Positions 47,783 to 60,561 are shown, counted from the first letter of the stretch. The stretch is DNA of 64,000 bases from Macrostomum hystrix (GCA_950097015.1 CATNEN010000029.1:7564001-7628000), one strand, 5' to 3'. Numbers and translations are program-made. Notes: a model not told the origin generated them from the letters alone.

Positions 47783-49385
47783 TCACAAATGCATGCTACC
47801 AGCCTTTTCTTGGGCATTTATCATAGCTTGAATGGCCCTGGCGCGCATCTCCAGCTCGATGATCTCCAACTGGCGTCTGGACTTGCCGTCTAACGAAGGC
47901 TGCGGTCGAGCCGGCGTCGGGGCCGGTTCTTCTTCAACATCTGACAGGTCGACAACTTCATTAAGAATGACGCTATCCGCTTCCACTTCGGCTGGGGTCA
48001 ATGCCTCCCCATGTTCATACTGGATTGAATTCGTATCCTCCCGTAATTCTGGCGCGGCTTCAGCCTCAACTGTGGCATCAGCTTCGATAGAAACTGACGC
48101 TTCCGACTCTGAATCAAACTTAGCAGTTTCAGCAACCTCTACAGAACCTGCTACCTCAGATTCTGAGTCCGCACTAGCTTCAGTATCCGTCTTGACCGAA
48201 GCCACGGCTTCCGATCTAGAATCTGGGCTTGAAGCTTCTGTTTCTTTTGAAACTGCCATCTGAGACTCAGGATCTGAGATGGCAGAACCAACTTCATTAA
48301 GAGCTTTGTCCTCAGGGTATAGAGCCGGTTCCACTGCGACAGGCTTCACCTCCGCATGATCATCGGTAGTTGTAGAATCGACTATTGCAATTGGTGTGCT
48401 AGCTCTTGACGATGCACTGACGTGGACTGTATCCGGCTTCGCATCCGCATCGTGTGTCCCTTCACCAGCTGATTCGTCTGTGTCAGACGAGCTAATCATG
48501 GCCGGATCATCGCCGGCCAATATACGGCGAATTCGTTTGGCCGACATGCCCTGCAATAGCGGCAGGCAGCGATCGCGAAGCTGCGTAAGCGTCAATCGCT
48601 GAAACTCGTCCGGCACCAGAGCGCGCAGTTGGCTACCGCGAGCGGCGCTAAACATCTGATGCAGCATCTCGGCGCGATCATCCAGGTAGTCGCCTATCGG
48701 CCGCAACAGGCGGACAGTCCGGTCCAGGGTCAGCGGCGTCTGCCTCGGCATCACTGTGCTCGTATGGGCATGCCTCGGTTGCGACAGTGCGAGAGTTCGG
48801 CGAGGAAGGCGCCGACAATGCCGATGACGCGGCGCTGGAGGATGCGCTAGACGACGAAGATGCCTTCTTTTTTGTTGGTTTAGCTTTTTTACGAGACGTT
48901 TTCTTATCCCTTTTCCTGTTTTTGTTTTTCTTCTTGTCTTTTTTCTTTTTTCTCTTTACCGTTTCCGATTTCGCAAGGGACTTCTTAGACTTCTTATTAG
49001 TTTTCTTATCATCGGATGAATCGGAATGTATCGACTCGACGTTCTGGCGAACCTTGACTACACATTTCTTGCTCTTTTTCTTCGGCGCAGTCTCTGAGGC
49101 AGACTTGCGTCTGTGATGCCGCTTCCTTCGATGCCGCTTATCTTTGTTATCTGCGAGTCGGATCTCCGCTTTGCTAACAGAAGACGCGTCAGAATCACTG
49201 GATTCCTCCGAACCGTAGGCTTTCGCGATCACTTCTGTCTGCTTCCTGGCCAGCTTGCTTTTGCCCTGCTTTTTAGTGTCCACTGCTGGCCCAGCGGCAG
49301 ATTCCAGCTTGGCTAATTTCTTCCCGAGCGTTGGATTCGTCAACGAGGCAGTCGCCGGCCGCTTGAAGCCAGTCAACTGGCTCAT
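47783..49385 (-). CDS. CAAP1: Caspase activity and apoptosis inhibitor 1 (CAAP1) homolog with one +1 frame break near 48727-48729
   Basis: LDRTVRLLRPIGDYLDDRAEMLHQMF..LQGMSAKRIRRILAG and C-terminal QLEIIELEMRARAIQAM match CAAP1 signatures. The Lys-rich N-terminus is in the adjacent frame. The span of 1603 nt is 3n+1. Confidence 0.8.
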
Positions 49386-49900
49386 TGATTCGGCTGACAA
49401 AATGCGAACCAACTAGGTACTAATAGTAAGCACAAAACTGCGGCTGGCTGGCCTATTGTAGCCGCCTTCTGTGATTTGATTTTAGTTTAATAGAAAAACT
49501 CGCTTATTGCTGCAATAAAACGGAATAATACGATGAAGCTTATTTTCTTGGGATTGAAATCTCGCTTCATAATGCAATAAAAAAGCTAAATGAACAAATA
49601 GAAGAAACTAATTACCTTATAGTAACTAAATAGCCTAAGAGGTAACATAATCTAATTATTTTGACTAGCCCACTGTAAAGACCATATAAAGTTTAAAACA
49701 TCGAAAAGAACACGAAAATAAAAGCGCAACAATATAAAAATCATTGTTAAACTTGGCTATTTAATAAAATTAGCAAGAAATGCAATAATGGTTTATTGGA
49801 AAAAAGCCTTAAGTGATTTAATTTAAGCATTTAATTATTATATTGTAGTGAAATAGCCTTTACATATTATTGTCTATACAAGTCTAAATGAAGCCCTATC

Positions 49901-51180
49901 TCAGTCGTGCTGCTTGTGGAACAGCACTCGCTGCAGGTACTCAGCCTGGCGCTGCTCAAGCTCAGCCTCCAGCTGCTGCGCCCTGGCGGAGGCCAACTCG
50001 ACGGCCAAACGACCGGCGGACCTGCCGCGCTGGTCCAGTCTTTTAGCCTGCTGCTCGGCTCTGGCTAGAGCGGTTGCTAAGGACGCTTCAGCGTCGGCAA
50101 GGCGACGCTGAGATTCTGCTAGGCTGGATTCTAGGCGCTTCACTAAGCGACGCTCGGAAGTGAGTCGCTGCTCAAACAGGCGGCACTGCGACTGCGGATG
50201 AGCGACAAGAGGTTTGACAGAGTGGAAGAAGACTGACAGAGATTGGGAGAAGACTGTGACAGATTGGGAGAGGACTGTGACAGAGATTGGGAGAGGACTG
50301 TGACAGAGATTGGGAGAGGACTGTGACAGAGATTGGGAGAAGACTGTGACAGAGATTGGGAGAAGACTGTGACAGAGAGAGGGAGAGGACTGTGACAAAG
50401 ATTGGGAGAGGACTGTGACAAAGATTGGGAGAGAGGACTGTGACAGAGATTGGGAGAGGACTGTGACAGAGATTGGGAGAGGACTGTGACAGAGATTGGG
50501 AGAGGACTGTGACAGAGATTGGGAGAGGACTGTGACAGAGATTGGGAGAGGACTGTGACAGAGATTGGGAGAAGACTGTGACAGAGATTGGGAGAGAACT
50601 GTGACAGAGTGGGAGAAGACTGTGACAGATTGAGAGAGGACTGTGACAGAGATTGGGAGAGGACTGTGACAAAGATTGGGAGAGGACTGTGTGACAGAGT
50701 GGGAGAAGACTGTGACAGAGTGGGAGAGGACTGTGACAAAGATTGGGAGAGGACTGTGACAGAGATTGGGAGAAGACTGTGACAGATTGAGAGAGGACTG
50801 TGACAGAGATTGGGAGAGGAATGTGACAGAGATTGGTAGAGGACTGTGACAGAGATTGGGAGAGGACTGTGACAGAGATTGGGAGAGGACTATTACAGAA
50901 TGGAAGGTGTAACAGACAGAAGAAGGTGTAACTGAGATTAGGATTGGAGAGTGAGAGGCGATATTAAAAGGCGGAGGCCCTGCTAAGCGCTCACCTGAGC
51001 TTCAGCCGCGGCAGCTTCGGCCTCGAGTCGACAGCGCCGCTCCTCGGCCAGCTCCAGCTCGGCTAGGGCCAACCTTTCGGACACTGTCAGCGGCCGAGCG
51101 GACGCTAGCTGCTGCTGCTGCTGCTGTCGTCGAGAAGTGCCGGCCTCTTCCCAGGAGCACACCGAGGCGCCATCAACCAT
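49901..51180 (-). CDS. Small coiled-coil protein, 2 exons (51180-50995, 50191-49901; about 158 aa)
   Basis: Donor cag|gtgagc and acceptor tccgcag|tcg, both phase 0. Heptad-like E/L/A/R-rich sequence; AATAAA about 105 nt after the stop. Confidence 0.7.
50230..50895. repeat. 23-bp minisatellite (tgtgacagagattgggagaggac) filling the coiled-coil gene intron
   Basis: Direct inspection. Confidence 0.95.
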
Positions 51181-51521
51181 GGAAGCCGATGAAATTGCTG
51201 CGGACTAATTTAAATCGGTAAGAAACATTAATTTTACTGGAAGACTGCTTTCACAGTGCCAAGTTTCAAGTTTTGACAAAGTTGACAACTAAATAAGGAA
51301 GAAAAAAGTAACTACAGTTAGTTATATTATCAGACGGTGTATTTTAATATCAAAGACAGGACGGAATAAACTGTCACAGTTAACGAATTTGTTTACACAA
51401 AATGTGACGTAAAAATTAACCCGTTAACTCAATAGTACAAAGACACCGTACTACTCAGTACTTTGAAGCATGAAGTACTTCGTAGTTACATTGTGCATTA
51501 AGCTTAAATTTTCTCATTAGG

Positions 51522-54500
51522 CTAGGCAGGATAGACCAGCTCGCTAATGAACGCATTGGAATAGCTGGGCAAATCAAGCTGCTCATTTGGCACCCTTATT
51601 GGCGATCGGAAAGGATTTATGCGCTGCGGAGTCAGGGTTCCAACCCGCAGCTTGTCACACATCACTGCCGATAGCTCCATGCTGAACTCGCAATAGTCCG
51701 TCACGTAGGTGCGAATGGACAGCTTCTGCGGAACAGACAGAACGGCCACAGGTGACTAGAGGACCAGGGAAAGTCACAGGTGACTAGACCAGGGAAAAAG
51801 TCACAGGTGACTAGAAGACCAGGGAAACAGTCACAGGTGACTAGAGGACCAGGGAAACAGCCACACAGGTGACTAGAGGACCAGGGAAACAGCCACAGGT
51901 GACTAGAGGACCAGGGAAACAGTCACAGGTGACTAGAGGACCAGGGAAACAGTCACAGGTGACTAGAGGACCAGGGAAACAGCCACACAGGTGACTAGAA
52001 GACCAGGGAAACAGTCACAGGTGACCAGAAGACCAGGGAAACAGTCACAGGTGACTAGAGGACCAGGGAAACAGTCACAGGTGACTAGAGGACCAGGGAA
52101 ACAGTCACAGGTGACTAGAAGACCAGGGAAACAGTCACAGGTGACCAGAAGACCAGGGAAACAGTCACAGGTGACTAGAAGACCAGGGAAACAGTCACAG
52201 GTGACTAGAGGACCAGGGAAACAGTCACAGGTGACTAGAGGACCAGGGAAACAGTCACAGGTGACCAGAAGACCAGGGAAACAGCCACACAGGTGAATAG
52301 AGGACTAAGGAAACAGTCCCACAAGTGACTAGAGGACCAGGGAAACAGCCACACAGGTGAATAGAGGACTAAGGAAACAGTCACACAAGTGACTAGAGGA
52401 CCAGGGAAACAGCCACACAGGTGAATAGAGGACTAAGGAAACAGTCACACAAGTGACTAGAGGACCAGGGAAACGGCCACACAGGTGAATAGAGGACTAA
52501 GGAACAGTCACACAAGTGACTAGAGGACCAGGGAAACAGCCGCACAGGTGAATAGAGGACTAAGGAACAGTCACACAAGTGACTAGAGGACCAGGGAAAC
52601 AGCCACACAGGTGAATAGAGGACTAAGGAAACAGTCACACAAGTGACTAGAGGACCAGGGAACCAGCCGCACAGGTGAATAGAGGACCAGGGAAACAGCC
52701 GCACAGTTAAATAGTGGGCCACGTAGAAGTACTATTAAATTAAGTGCCAACCTTGAGAAACTCAAGCGTGGCTGGCCAGGAAATGGAAGCGGCAAAGCCG
52801 GCATTGAAGGCTACAATGAGATCTGGCCGAGGCGGACAGGAGCTCTCAGCGTCGGCGTCATCTAGTTCGTCGTCGCTGTCAGCGGCGGCGGAGTCCTGAT
52901 CTGGCTGCTTTCGTTGCTGACTGAGAAGACCCGCAGCCACCTGATGATAGAGGCCTCTGTAGACTGAGACGCGAAATCTGCCGTCGCATTCTGAGTGAAC
53001 ACTCTTGTGCACCGATGGTGACACATCCTGGATTGGAATGCGCATAGACAATTGTTATAAGGATCGCAGTCCGAAGTATGCGTACTTAAGCCTTTGTACT
53101 ATTGGAAAAACAATACATTATGGAACGATTATTTGGAATAAGACAGCAGTTTATAGACCTTAATTGCCAAGCTTAAATCCCGCGGCGAGAAGACTTGGGC
53201 TACATAGGGGATATTATTGATATTAGTTGTGCTGCACCTGAACGGAGCAACGCAAGCACATGAAACTCGAGAACACGCGCCAAATTTTTGTTGCGCATCT
53301 TCTGAAACAAGAATCAAGTCGAAGGACAGATTTTTTTCCATAAGAACTAGTGTATTTTTAACAGCCTTATAAAAAAATTTGCAGTGCGCCTCAGTGCGGC
53401 CTCGTCACGCTTTCAAACTTTATCAGCACGTCATCCAAGTGTGCCTGCATCATCTCCGACTTCGCTGGTCACCGAACTTTATCTAGACGGAGCTGCAGGA
53501 CCTTCAGCAAGTGGCACAAGGCCGACTATGGACACCCTGATGTTGCGTTGCTTCGTTCGGGTGCAGCACAATGTCTATATAGTTGGTATAAAAACGGGCG
53601 GCAAAATGGCTTGGTAGTCCTACTATTAAGGATGCTTGTTTCTGACAGGTGAGTCCACCAACCTACTAACCTTGCCAATTAGAGCCAATCTGAAGCAAAA
53701 GTCTGGCGCTAGTCTAGCCAGCTCGCACAGAGCCGGAATGAGTTCGACTTCCTTCTCGGCGCCAATCACGTGTACAACGATTCTACGCTGACGATGAAGC
53801 CGGCCAGTAGACGCGGTCAACCGCTTGTAGGCGTCTGGGGCGTCAGCAGGCAAGCGTTCGAACAGCAGGTGATAGAGGGTGAGCGGCCACTGCAGCAGGA
53901 TGCAGGCCGGGGAATCCGCTGGAAGGCCGCGCAGCTTGTAATAGTCCGCCCAGCCGGCCAGTTGATGGCGCCGAGGCTCGGCCTGATCGTCGGCATTCGA
54001 CGACGACAAAAACTTCCGGCGTCTCGGCGAGGATGGCGGCCTCTTCTGGTAGAGCGAAAGGCTCGGGATCTGGGGCCAGATCCCCAGGCTGTGGTGCGGC
54101 GCCAATGTCTAAATCGGCTAGATCGTCAAACGCGGCGCGCGGATGCACGCCAAGCCAGGCGTAGCACTCGCGGCGCCACATGCCTCGACCGAGCAGGCGC
54201 CGCTCCAGCAGGAAGCGCGACAGGCCCTGCGGACGATCAGTCAATACTATAGCCACTGCTATTGCGCAGTACATTTAATAGGCTGTCCAGTCCTATGGAC
54301 TGGGGTCGGGCGGATGAGGCCGTCACACCGACACAAATTTACAGCTGGGCAAACTGACGCAATGGATCAAGTGGTTAGAGCGTCGGACTCACGACTTGAA
54401 GGTCAAGGGATCGAGTCTTGACTCCACGGGAACAATCTGTGTCCTTTAGAAAGAGAATTAACACTGCATTGTTTCACTTCAACCAGCTCTTAAATTGGAC

Positions 54501-55569
54501 TGAACAGCCGTAGGCAGCTTTCAGATGCACCGCGCAATAGCTGCGGCTGTGCTGTCGGCTACACATCCGGCCCGATAGGGACAGGTGTAATCAATTTTTT
54601 GTCACGGTTAAGACAATAGTAACAAAAATTATTGTAAGAATACAATCAAACAAATAATATTATTAGGGAGTGAGTGGCAGGGCGGTTAACGCAGTTTGCC
54701 TCTCGCGCCAAAATCCCTGATATGGGGAGAAGCCGCGGAGACAGGGCTTGGGGGCTTATCGCGCAATTTACGCCCTTGAGGGCTTTGAGGGCCAACGATG
54801 AGAAAGTCAAGGGCAGATATACACACCTGTGGGAGTGTGTGCCTGCGTACGGTATCTGTGTGCGTGTGTGCTCAGGAGTCAGCGAAATGGGTAGAAATAC
54901 CAAATAATGTGCGATCGCCCGCAGCCCTCCTGCAAATGTTATTATTCAACCATATTATTAAGCATAGACTTGTTGTGTAGTGACTTGCTAAAACGGTCCT
55001 TTTCAGGGCCACCATTTTTGGGTGCATGGTTTCTGCGTTCCGTGCGTGCTACTATTAGTAAACGTGTCAGTGTTTTAAATTTATCGATCGATGGGTTTCT
55101 TCGGTTTTAACAAATATAAAAGCACGCGCTGCGCTAAGGCAGTCAAGTTTTTTCCTTTCTGGTTGTCCTGGAATGCTTCCAGGACTAAATAGATCGTGTT
55201 GGCTTAAATAGTACAACATAGAGGCCAATGAAATAGTTATGAAGAGGCATCACTTTTACTCAATGAGTAAGGTACAGTCAATCAACCCACCTGAGAATCA
55301 AAGGCATCAGCTGTGGTGAGCTTAGCAAAGCTAAATGGCAGGTCGGCCAGTGCTGGCGCCCGCTGTCTGAACAGTTTCACTCTGGCGCACCAGGCGGAGT
55401 GGGCCAGGGCCGGATTGTCTGGCTGGCTGGCGTGCAGTCGCCGGCAGGCCTCGCTGCAGTAATAGGCGCAGCGGCACTGCTCGCACTGAAGAGCGCCGCG
55501 TCGATTAATAAGGCCGGTGCAGGCCGAGCATTGTGCAAAGAAGGCCGAAGCAAATGGATCGGAGAGCAT
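51522..55569 (-). CDS. ZMYND15: MYND zinc finger / MSS51-family protein (ZMYND15-like); exons 55569-55291, 54226-53671 (+1 frame break near 54010), 53027-52752, 51725-51522
   Basis: MYND CSAC..CEQCRCAYYCSEACRRLH..H..C; GWADYYKLRGLPADSP..LLQWPLTLY; HVIGAEKE; PDLIVAFNAG; NPFRSP..YSNAFISELVY. All junctions are GT-AG and phase 0. Confidence 0.85.
51750..52700. repeat. 30-bp minisatellite (ggtgactagaggaccagggaaacagtcaca) grading into a ~64-bp dimer, in the last ZMYND15 intron
   Basis: Direct inspection. Confidence 0.95.
53230..53625. mobile_element. Unclassified dispersed repeat, copy 2 (intronic)
   Basis: Colinear with 11775-12330, with an internal deletion. Confidence 0.75.
54356..54600 (+). 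mobile_element. tRNA-derived SINE with a central deletion, preceded by an inverted SINE-like fragment (54280-54350)
   Basis: Head gtggttagagcgtcggactcacgac and 3' end gcaatagctgcggctgtgctgtcggct..gggacaggtgta match 12348-12660. Confidence 0.8.
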
Positions 55570-56169
55570 TCTAACTCCACACTGATTGGACCGGCTGGCT
55601 ACTGAAAACTTTCTATAGATAAGAAAGATGCTGACTTAGGCCTCTGCTGTAAAATTGGTGGATTTGGTGGAGCTAACATTTAATATACTGAAGACCTGTA
55701 GACAGCCATTCAGAAGATATAGAAGAAGACAATTATATATTTATTACCAACCTAAATCTGCCTTTTTCCTATCTTCTATTAAGTGTTATATAGGCATAAA
55801 TATTCTAAAACATTACCAAAGACTTTTAAACTTTAGATACTTTGTGATTCACAAACATATACCTAGGCCTATGATATTGTAATAATAATAAAATATTTTT
55901 ACTTATATCCTACTTTGATTAGCTAAAAGTATTTCTGAGCTTCTGAGTCTATAAATTGAAAAGGTTTAATCTTCAAGTATATACATTTGCAATCCTAAAA
56001 GCTTTTGTTATGATGACAACATTGTCAAAAATGAAAATTTTTTATTTGGCTTTCAGACCCATTATGTTAATGACAAATTTGAATGGGATAACTTGTAGGA
56101 CAGAAACTTTGAAAGACAGACATGCAGCTATGATTATGAAGTCAGCCACTAGTCTCACTATGTAGTTGT

Positions 56170-56400
56170 GACTGTACTTGTACTTGTAGTTAGCCTAGCA
56201 TTTACCTTTGCATGCACACCTCTCTATCTTCCATTTTTGGCAACCTTTTTTTCTGACCAAGGCTTCTCAAACCTCAGCTCATTCTTACCTCTGTTGAGTT
56301 TGGCTTCTCCGCCAGCACTCAACTCTTGGTCAATATTTCTTCTGCCTCTCCTTTTCCAGTCTGCTCCGTCCTCATGGCATTGGCTCTTACCCCTTATGCC
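56170..56400 (-). mobile_element. Possible degenerate RTE-like LINE 3' end
   Basis: Broken translation WRRS..EL..PWSEKKVAKNGR*RGV resembles the RTE C-terminus; short (caagta) tail. Weak evidence. Confidence 0.3.
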
Positions 56401-58209
56401 TATTTATGGGGGCACTTTTATTCGCAAGTGTTTACCAGACAACCACCTGCCTATCTGGGGATTTTACTATAAAAGCAGAGCTCCCAAGCTCTCATTTTCA
56501 CTGTTTTTCTGGTCCCTTTGAATTCTGACTAAATTGCCTTTGGGCTAAAGTCCCAATCTATTTAACTATGCCCTAGTGGATTCAGGGGCATTAGTTTGCT
56601 CTAGGCATTTTATTCCATTGTGAATTGGATTAATTAAACTTTTTTCCTGCCTTCCTGCCCAAGTCATAGGAATGCTAGAATTTGATCAACTCTGCAACTT
56701 CAAGAGATTGTTATTTTTGGCAGCCGCAAGCTCAAGTTTTCCTAGAACAAAAGCCTAGACTTCCATGAGGCAGCAATTACCCTACAGATTTATCTGACAG
56801 AAGAATTTATACTATCAAGACTTCAGACTGGAGTCTGCTGAAAGTCTTAGTTTCCTTAGAATGACCATCAGCAAAAAATGTGTCTGAAGTAAAAACTTAG
56901 TTATACTAAGTTGTAACAAAAGGCACTATAAAAATAGTTTTACTGATATATTTCATAATAACTTTATGTACACTTACACTTACAGTACACTTATTTTGCT
57001 GATTCAATAACTTGCCAGTCGCGGCAGTGCAATGGTTTCACAAAACATTTATAATGCCATAGCAGCTTTTGAGGTTCTTATGCTCTTGCTTGTAGTAGGA
57101 AACCACAAATACATTTTCTGCTATGAGCTTAAGAAATTATGAAAAGAATATTTGTTTTTTAATGTTACTGGGTTCTATGACGATAACTGAGGTGTTCAGT
57201 TAAAAGACAATATTTAAATATAAATATTGAGGCCTACTTTTCTTCTCACTTAAATATTTGAGACATATGCTTACACATATATAAGAAGAGAGCATCCTTC
57301 TATCTTATAACAGCACAGAAGCATAAACGTCAAAAATACAGCAAAATATAGCGGCATTCTCTACCCCGTTTGCGGGGACAAGGATATAATATAAACAGGG
57401 TTTATTAAACTAGTTACATGTGGCCCAGCGAAACATCCCCATTAGTCAATCCAGCCACTCTAAATAAATAAAAACAAAAAGTTCTAAATCAATTCAAAAC
57501 GCTACAAAAATATGAAAGTTAAGAAGAAAGTTTATACAAAAATGTCAAACAATTTTTTGTTAATAGGTTTCTCAGAAATTTTTCTATTTAAATAAATTTA
57601 GAAATGCGCAACTAAAATTATACGGTATAACAATGTTGTCAAAATTTAAAGATAAAAGAGATAAAGCATTTTGCTCGCCCCTTCTCCAATTGTGCTCCTA
57701 TTATTTGCATTTCCTTTGCTGCTAATATAATATTTAGTTTCTTACATCGTTATAATCGTTTGCTTTTCGATTTTCGCACCTTTTCAAACCTTCAATTAAC
57801 TGCTTTCGTGAACTTCGTGTTTCGTGATTTATTATATATTTAAATGTCGTAATAAAAATATACCCGTTACACTTTATTGGCCAAACAGGTATCTTGCCTG
57901 AGCCAACAACAACTACTACTACTAGCATAAAATGTGCTTTTGATCAGCGCTTAACATTTAACTTAGTGGTAACTTTACATGACGCCAACGCCAACCCCAA
58001 GCTGAACATTTGTCGCGGTTGTCAAAAAGTTGATCTGCAGAAAGCCTTATTTGTTTCTGAAAACAATTGCTTTAAATTGTTACAGACCGTTCGGTGAATA
58101 TTTATATAGTTTTACTTACTGCAATCACTTTTTTATGGGATATTTCTATTATTTTTGGATAACCCTTTGCTTTATATAATTCACATTATTACTATACTTA
58201 AAGGGGTTT

Positions 58210-58900
58210 AAGTAAAGGCAGAGCTTATTCCCACGGTCCCGTGCCAATAATTTCAATTTTATCCACACGGATCTGTGCCAATAATTTTCTGCTTATCCAC
58301 ACGGCAGGTTGTATGAATAGGTCTACAACTCTTTATATAAATATGTCCTGCTGTTAATTTCAATTTTATCCACATGGTTCTGTTTTTTTAAACGAGGCCC
58401 TTTTGGGTTTGAATGTTTTGTTGAACCCTCGAGCCAATAGATCGACAAAGTTGCCAGTGTGTTATGACAGTGTTCTACATTTCGACCTACACATTCATTA
58501 ACCAACATTAATGTCATCCTTTTTAATTATTTTAATAACAACTCACTAAATATTTTGTCATCGTTACGTGTTTTCATTCGAATTGTATTGACTTAAAAAG
58601 TAAAAAGTCTATCAAAGAAAATCATACAAGTCAACCAGCAGAATTCTAGTCAGCACTAAACTCAACACTCATATAATACATCATTGTTATTATTTTACAC
58701 TATGCATTGATAGTGTACACTATACACTATACTCTGAAGCAAAAGCCTTATGCTGAGAGAAGAACAAGTAGGGACTTAAAAGTAGACAGATTCATTCAAG
58801 CTGCGGTATGGATAAGCAGAAAATTATCGGCATGGATCCGTGTGGATAAAATTGAAATTATTAGCACAGGACCATGGGAATAAGCACTTCCTTAGTAAAA
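58210..58900. mobile_element. Foldback/MITE-like element with ~85-bp inverted arms
   Basis: 58222-58306 is the reverse complement of 58800-58888 with few mismatches; the arms are built of ~34-bp subrepeats. Confidence 0.75.
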
Positions 58901-59989
58901 CAGAAAGTAAATAACTATACTTTACTTAACTATAACTCTAATAACTCCAATTGAATATTTGTAAAATCCTTTGTTATATTGTATGCGTCCATTTTCCTGC
59001 ATAACTAATTTATTATACATTTGAGACTATTTTTTCTCTGAAATTAATAGAGCTATTTATTTCTTGCTCTTTATTATTACAAACATAGCTTACCCTCACA
59101 ATTTGATTTAGTCAGATTGCGTTTTGCAAGCAATCAAGCAATGCGTTATCAGCATTTTGCAAGCAGTCTGATAAGTCATAAAATAAAAAAGTCAGAGCAA
59201 CCACATTGGTCAAGTTGTATATGGCCAAGAAGTCTGTTCACTACACTTGATTTTTACACTTGAGTTGAAGTGTAGAAAAGTGTACAAAGTGTAAATTAAA
59301 AACAGAGTCTACATTAAAAATTATTTATGGAATGTTCAATGGCAAGATTTTTCATTTTATTCTATATTGGGCTTTGAATATTTAATCTACAGCTACATTC
59401 ATTAGGCCACCATTTCATAACATTTAAGCTAAGTTTTAGGATAATCAAATTAAGTATATTGCTTTTATACTTAAAAGTGTGCCTGGGTCAATACTAGCAA
59501 TGTATGTCCTAAAATTCTAACAGGGTTTGTAAATAGATATTTATGAAAGAAAGATATGTGCATGAATAATGTTTCTTTGCTATGACTTTCTGGCAGGATG
59601 AAAAAGGCAATTGCTGACTGTAAGAAGTGAATTAAATTTGTTGTGAAAAATAACTAAATAGCAAATAGCCCAATGTGCAACCCAAGATCATGCACTTGCT
59701 TGGCATTTACATTTATTTAGTCAATTTGGTGGGGACAGTGAGGACAACATCGTCTGGACAGGACTCAGAGGACTTGGACATTTATGCTTCCGATCGTCAT
59801 CAGCATTGGACCGCCTTCTCAATGACATCCTCTGGAATCATATGACCATTCTCAGGAAGCATCGTCGGTACAGGATTCGAAATACAGGGAGTTAGATTAG
59901 CAGTCGCTGAAAACCAGCAAAGCCAGGTCAACATTTGCATTCGATGGCCAATATTGTTTCGCAAGTTGAGTCACGCCGCTAGAAATGAA

Positions 59990-60290
59990 AATATTGGTCC
60001 TGATGATCAATAGTCTTTTGGAATTTTGTACTTCGCAACTGTTTCCGCAATGGCAGAATCAATCTAGAAATAGATTAATGCCAGACTCACTCGTTCAAAG
60101 CACTAAAATCGTCAACCAGACAAATCTGTGAATTCGTTTGAATTTCCAAAACTTGCAACTGAGCTTACCTCATATTTTGATGGATAGCCTAAACATGGGT
60201 GAATGAAAACTGACAAAAAAGTTAATTAGATGCATCTTAGAAAGCCTCACAAACGATCAATGTAGCGTGCTGACAAATTTAAAGATCGGA
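59990..60290 (+). mobile_element. Possible highly degenerate mariner transposase N-terminal relic
   Basis: Broken translation FRNGRINLE and ILMDSLNM..K resembles the mariner HTH region; many stops. Confidence 0.3.
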
Positions 60291-60561
60291 GCGCACACAA
60301 CGTCCCGTAATATTATAGCTTCAGTTTGACAGTCTGCTGCAAATGTACATTCAAGGCATTCAAAACATGCGATACATGTGATGTACGTAGTCACATAGGT
60401 TAAACTGTGACATCAAACACCAAAGCTGAAAACACGGCTCACGCAAGTTATTGAGGCACAAACTTTTCACGATAGACACCTATAAGCACTCATTTCTTAG
60501 GTGTTTAGAAAAAAGGTACTTTACAAATTGGTAATTGAACATGTCTTTTACTAAAGTAGCT

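Noticed and set aside
55660-56720. Possible CR1-like LINE remnants (SIQRRY-like and LPAQV..FKRLL-like fragments)
   Set aside because: Too degenerate to support by eye; needs a profile search.
57360-57440. Helitron-like hairpin (ccccgtttgcgggg) and nearby actag motif
   Set aside because: The spacing and CTRR terminus do not fit a Helitron end.
58259-58849. Bacterial oriC or contamination suggested by DnaA boxes
   Set aside because: The motifs are explained by repeats within inverted arms, there are no bacterial genes, and the flanks are continuous with eukaryotic genes and TE relics.
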